A DNA stretch of 64,000 bases from NCBI GenBank assembly GCA_964252075.1, contig CAXULY010000012.1, positions 1 through 64,000 of the forward strand. The letters are read 5' to 3'. The notes beneath the pieces are model-generated. The model had not been told where the DNA came from. It ran no database searches and saw only the letters and a program-made list of their open reading frames with translations. Source of the DNA: an uncultured Deinococcaceae bacterium (GTDB lineage Bacteria > Deinococcota > Deinococci > Deinococcales > Deinococcaceae). Shown here piece by piece: positions 61,362 through 64,000 of the stretch (positions are counted from its first letter, which is position 1; every line of letters begins with the position of its first letter). A program made the translations under genes and the position numbers.

Positions 61362-62058
61362 GCAGCGGCGCCTCCCCGCGCGCATACGCGACGGTGCGCT
61401 GCACGAGCACGTCTGTGGAACTCACGAGCGGCACGCTCAGGTCGCCCTGATCCAGCACCAGCGGCACCTCCGTGCAGCCCGCGAGGATCACCCTCGCGCC
61501 CTGACCCAGCAGCAGGGCGGTAAGGCCGCGCATCTCGGCGCGCTCGTCCGGGCCGGTGTGCCCGGCCTTGATGCAGTACATCAGGTCCATGAAGCGCGCC
61601 TGCTGGGGCGCGGAGAGCGTCAGCACGTCCAGGCTACGCTCCGCGAGGGCTGTCTGGTACAGCGCGGCGCGCAGGGCGCCGTCCGCCGCGAGCAGGCCCA
61701 CCCGCCGCGCGCCCGTGCGGGCCACCTCGTCCGCCGTCTCCTCGATGAGGCTCACGAAGGGAATCCTGACCGCTGCGCGGATGTCCGGGGCGTAGGCGTG
61801 CGCGGTGTTGCACACCAGCACCAGGAAGTCCGCGCCCGCCCCCTCCAGGCCGCGCGCCATGCCCACCAGGGCGGGCGCGGCGCTGGGGCCGGTGCCCGCG
61901 AGGGCGGCGTTGCGGTCCGGCACCTGTGGGTTCACGTCCATCAGCACGCGCAGGTGGTCCTGGTCGCTGGTGGCGGGCGTGGCGCGCAGGAGCTTCGCGT
62001 AGAAGTCCAGCGTCGCTTCCGGCCCCAGGCCGCCCAGCACGCCGACCGTCAGGCTCAC
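61324..62058 (-). CDS. aspartate/glutamate racemase family (cysteate racemase-like)
   Basis: [23 protein letters not shown] and GCTE (both catalytic Cys); GTGA overlap. Confidence 0.9.
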   Translation of the reverse strand: MSLTVGVLGGLGPEATLDFYAKLLRATPATSDQDHLRVLMDVNPQVPDRNAALAGTGPSAAPALVGMARGLEGAGADFLVLVCNTAHAYAPDIRAAVRIPFVSLIEETADEVARTGARRVGLLAADGALRAALYQTALAERSLDVLTLSAPQQARFMDLMYCIKAGHTGPDERAEMRGLTALLLGQGARVILAGCTEVPLVLDQGDLSVPLVSSTDVLVQRTVAYARGEAPLPNARPESGRAAP

Positions 62059-63050
62059 GAGCGGAGCACGTCCTGGTAGGCGTACAGGGCGGGCGCGCCG
62101 CCCGTGTGGAGGAACAGCACCTTCTGGCCGCGCTCCCACTGGCCGCGCCGCACGAGGTCAATGAGGCCCGCCACGGCCTTCCCGGTGTACACGGGGTCGA
62201 GGAGGATGCCGTCGAGGCGCGCGAGAAGCCGCACCGCCTCCACCATCTCGGGCGTGGGGAGGGAATAGCCGGGACCCACCCACTCGTCGAGCGCCACGAC
62301 CGCCTCGCGCGGGATGGCGGGCGCGTTCAGCAGTTCGGCGGTCTGCTGGGCGAGGGCGTGCACGTTGCCTTCCTGCTCGGCGCGCGGGCGGCGCACGTTG
62401 ATGCCGGTGAGGGGGATGCCGGAGGCGTTCCCGGTGAGGCCCACCAGCAGGCCCGCGTGCGTGCCCGCGCTGCCGCTCGCGCACACCATGTGGTCGAGGG
62501 GGAGGCCCAGGTCGAAGGTCTGCGCGAGGATCTCCTCGGCGCACGCGACGTACCCGAGCGCGCCGAGCGGCGTGGAGCCCCCGCCGGGAATGATGTAGCC
62601 CTTGCGGCCCTGCGCGGCGAGGTCGTCCGCGATGGCCCGCATGGCGCCCGCGAGGTCCGCGCCGCCCTCCACCACCGTGACGGCCTCCACGCCCAGCAGG
62701 TCGAACAGGAAGTTGTTGCCGCTTGACCCAGGGTCGTAGCTATTCGGCACGCGCTGTTCCAGCACGAGGCGGCACTTCATGCCCTCCCGCACGGCGGCGG
62801 CGAGGGTGAGTCGGCAGTGGTTGGACTGCACAGCGCCCACCGTGATGAGGGTGTCTGCGCCCTGCGCGAGGGCATCCGCGACGAGGAACTCCAGCTTGCG
62901 GGTCTTGTTGCCACCGCCCGTGAGGCCCGTCAGGTCGTCGCGCTTGATGTAGATATCGGGCCCGCCGAGGTGCGCGGTGAGGTGCGGCAGGAACTCGATG
63001 GGGGTCGGGGCGGGCGTGTAGCGGCGGCGGGGAAAGCGCGCAAGGTGCAT
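62055..63050 (-). CDS. D-cysteine desulfhydrase family PLP enzyme (DcyD/CuyA-like)
   Basis: IKRDD, GGNKTRKLE, QSNH, GS.GT.AG, LDPVYTGK, FLHTGG. Confidence 0.93.
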   Translation of the reverse strand: MHLARFPRRRYTPAPTPIEFLPHLTAHLGGPDIYIKRDDLTGLTGGGNKTRKLEFLVADALAQGADTLITVGAVQSNHCRLTLAAAVREGMKCRLVLEQRVPNSYDPGSSGNNFLFDLLGVEAVTVVEGGADLAGAMRAIADDLAAQGRKGYIIPGGGSTPLGALGYVACAEEILAQTFDLGLPLDHMVCASGSAGTHAGLLVGLTGNASGIPLTGINVRRPRAEQEGNVHALAQQTAELLNAPAIPREAVVALDEWVGPGYSLPTPEMVEAVRLLARLDGILLDPVYTGKAVAGLIDLVRRGQWERGQKVLFLHTGGAPALYAYQDVLRS

Positions 63051-63212
63051 GTGGGCCTCCAGGGCAGGGTGATGGAAACGCGGCGGGATCGCTGACCTTT
63101 TCTATCATCTGCTGTGGGCGTGGCGCGGGCGCAGCTCAAGATTTCATGAGGGCGCATTGGGGGTTCGTCACCCCGTCACACCGCCCGTCGGCGGTCTCAT
63201 ACCCTCATGTCC

Positions 63213-64000
63213 ATGCAGAGCATCAACCCCGCGACGGGCGAGACCCTCGTCACCTTCGACACGCTCACGCCCGAGCAGGTGGAGGCGAAACTCGCGCTCG
63301 CGCAGCAGACCTTCCAGACCTACCGCCTCACCACCCTGGAGGAGCGCGCGGGGTGGCTCTCGCGCGCCGCCGAGCTGCTGGAGGAGCAGGTGGAGGCGCT
63401 CGCGCGCACCGCGACCCTGGAGATGGGCAAGACGCTGGAGGCGGCGCGGCAGGAGGTCAGGAAGTGCGCGAGCGCCTGCCGGTACTACGCGGAGCACGGC
63501 CCGCGCTTCCTGCAGGACGAGCCCGTGCAGACCGAGGCGGACGCCGCCTATGTGACGCACCAGCCGCTCGGGGTGGTGCTGGCGGTCATGCCGTGGAACT
63601 TCCCGTACTGGCAGGTGTTCCGCTTCCTGTGCCCGGCCCTCATGGCGGGCAACGTGGGCCTGCTGAAACACGCGAGCAACGTGCCGCAGTGCGCGCTCGC
63701 CATCGAGCGCGTGCTGCTGGAGGCGGGCTTCCCGCAGGGCGCGTTCCAGACCCTGCTGGTGGGCAGCGCGGACGTGGAGACCCTCCTGAAGGACGCGCGC
63801 GTGCGGGCCGTGAGCCTCACGGGTTCGGAGGCGGCGGGGCGCAGCGTGGCGGGCACCGCCGGGCGGGAACTGAAGCCCGCCGTGATGGAGCTGGGCGGCT
63901 CGGACCCCTTCATCGTGATGCCCAGCGCGGACCTGGACCTCGCGGTCAGGACGGCGGTGACGGCGCGCACCATCAACAACGGGCAGAGCTGCATCGCCGC
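63213..64000 (+). CDS. NAD(P)-dependent succinate-semialdehyde dehydrogenase, partial (runs off window)
   Basis: Translated by hand: MQSINPATGE, EMGK, PLGVVLAVMPWNFP.WQVFRF, LLKHASNVP, TGS, ELGGSDP, NNGQSC. Confidence 0.9.
   Translation, partial: MQSINPATGETLVTFDTLTPEQVEAKLALAQQTFQTYRLTTLEERAGWLSRAAELLEEQVEALARTATLEMGKTLEAARQEVRKCASACRYYAEHGPRFLQDEPVQTEADAAYVTHQPLGVVLAVMPWNFPYWQVFRFLCPALMAGNVGLLKHASNVPQCALAIERVLLEAGFPQGAFQTLLVGSADVETLLKDARVRAVSLTGSEAAGRSVAGTAGRELKPAVMELGGSDPFIVMPSADLDLAVRTAVTARTINNGQSCIA

Overview
High-GC bacterial chromosomal window, most likely Deinococcus. Support for that assignment: a Rad52/DdrA-like gene with an RDRM-like operator, a HAIR-like box at groESL, a Thermus-PilF-like PilB, and many leaderless -10/ATG arrangements. 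Bases 1-12,000 are accessory-like: TetR/oxidoreductase modules, a TetX-like monooxygenase, a decayed methyltransferase, poorly coding DNA, and a signal-peptide protein with a PD-(D/E)xK nuclease-like C-terminus. The rest is mostly core: rpsO, tRNA-Leu(GAG), pgeF-yqeG-pilB-pilT, fabI, groESL, tldD/E, rel, mazG, serA, aat, ruvA, a proline utilisation operon, osmC/ohrR-like genes, an HtrA-cytochrome b-two-component locus, glgP, a D-cysteine desulfhydrase plus racemase, and a partial aldehyde dehydrogenase. Best leads: (1) the secreted REase-fold toxin-like protein with no visible immunity gene; (2) a GGDEF-ribbon-helix-helix fusion with a probable autoregulatory operator; (3) an RDRM-controlled divergent Rad52 protein next to a 25-bp G4-capable hairpin; (4) an unannotated 39-aa protein with its own expression signals; (5) a nitrilase-fold protein with Ser in place of the catalytic Cys; (6) a collagen-like lipoprotein. 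I saw no CRISPR array, rRNA, transposase or integrase. All family calls come from motif recognition by eye, not database searches. Many starts were moved downstream of the ORF-track starts using RBS or -10 evidence.
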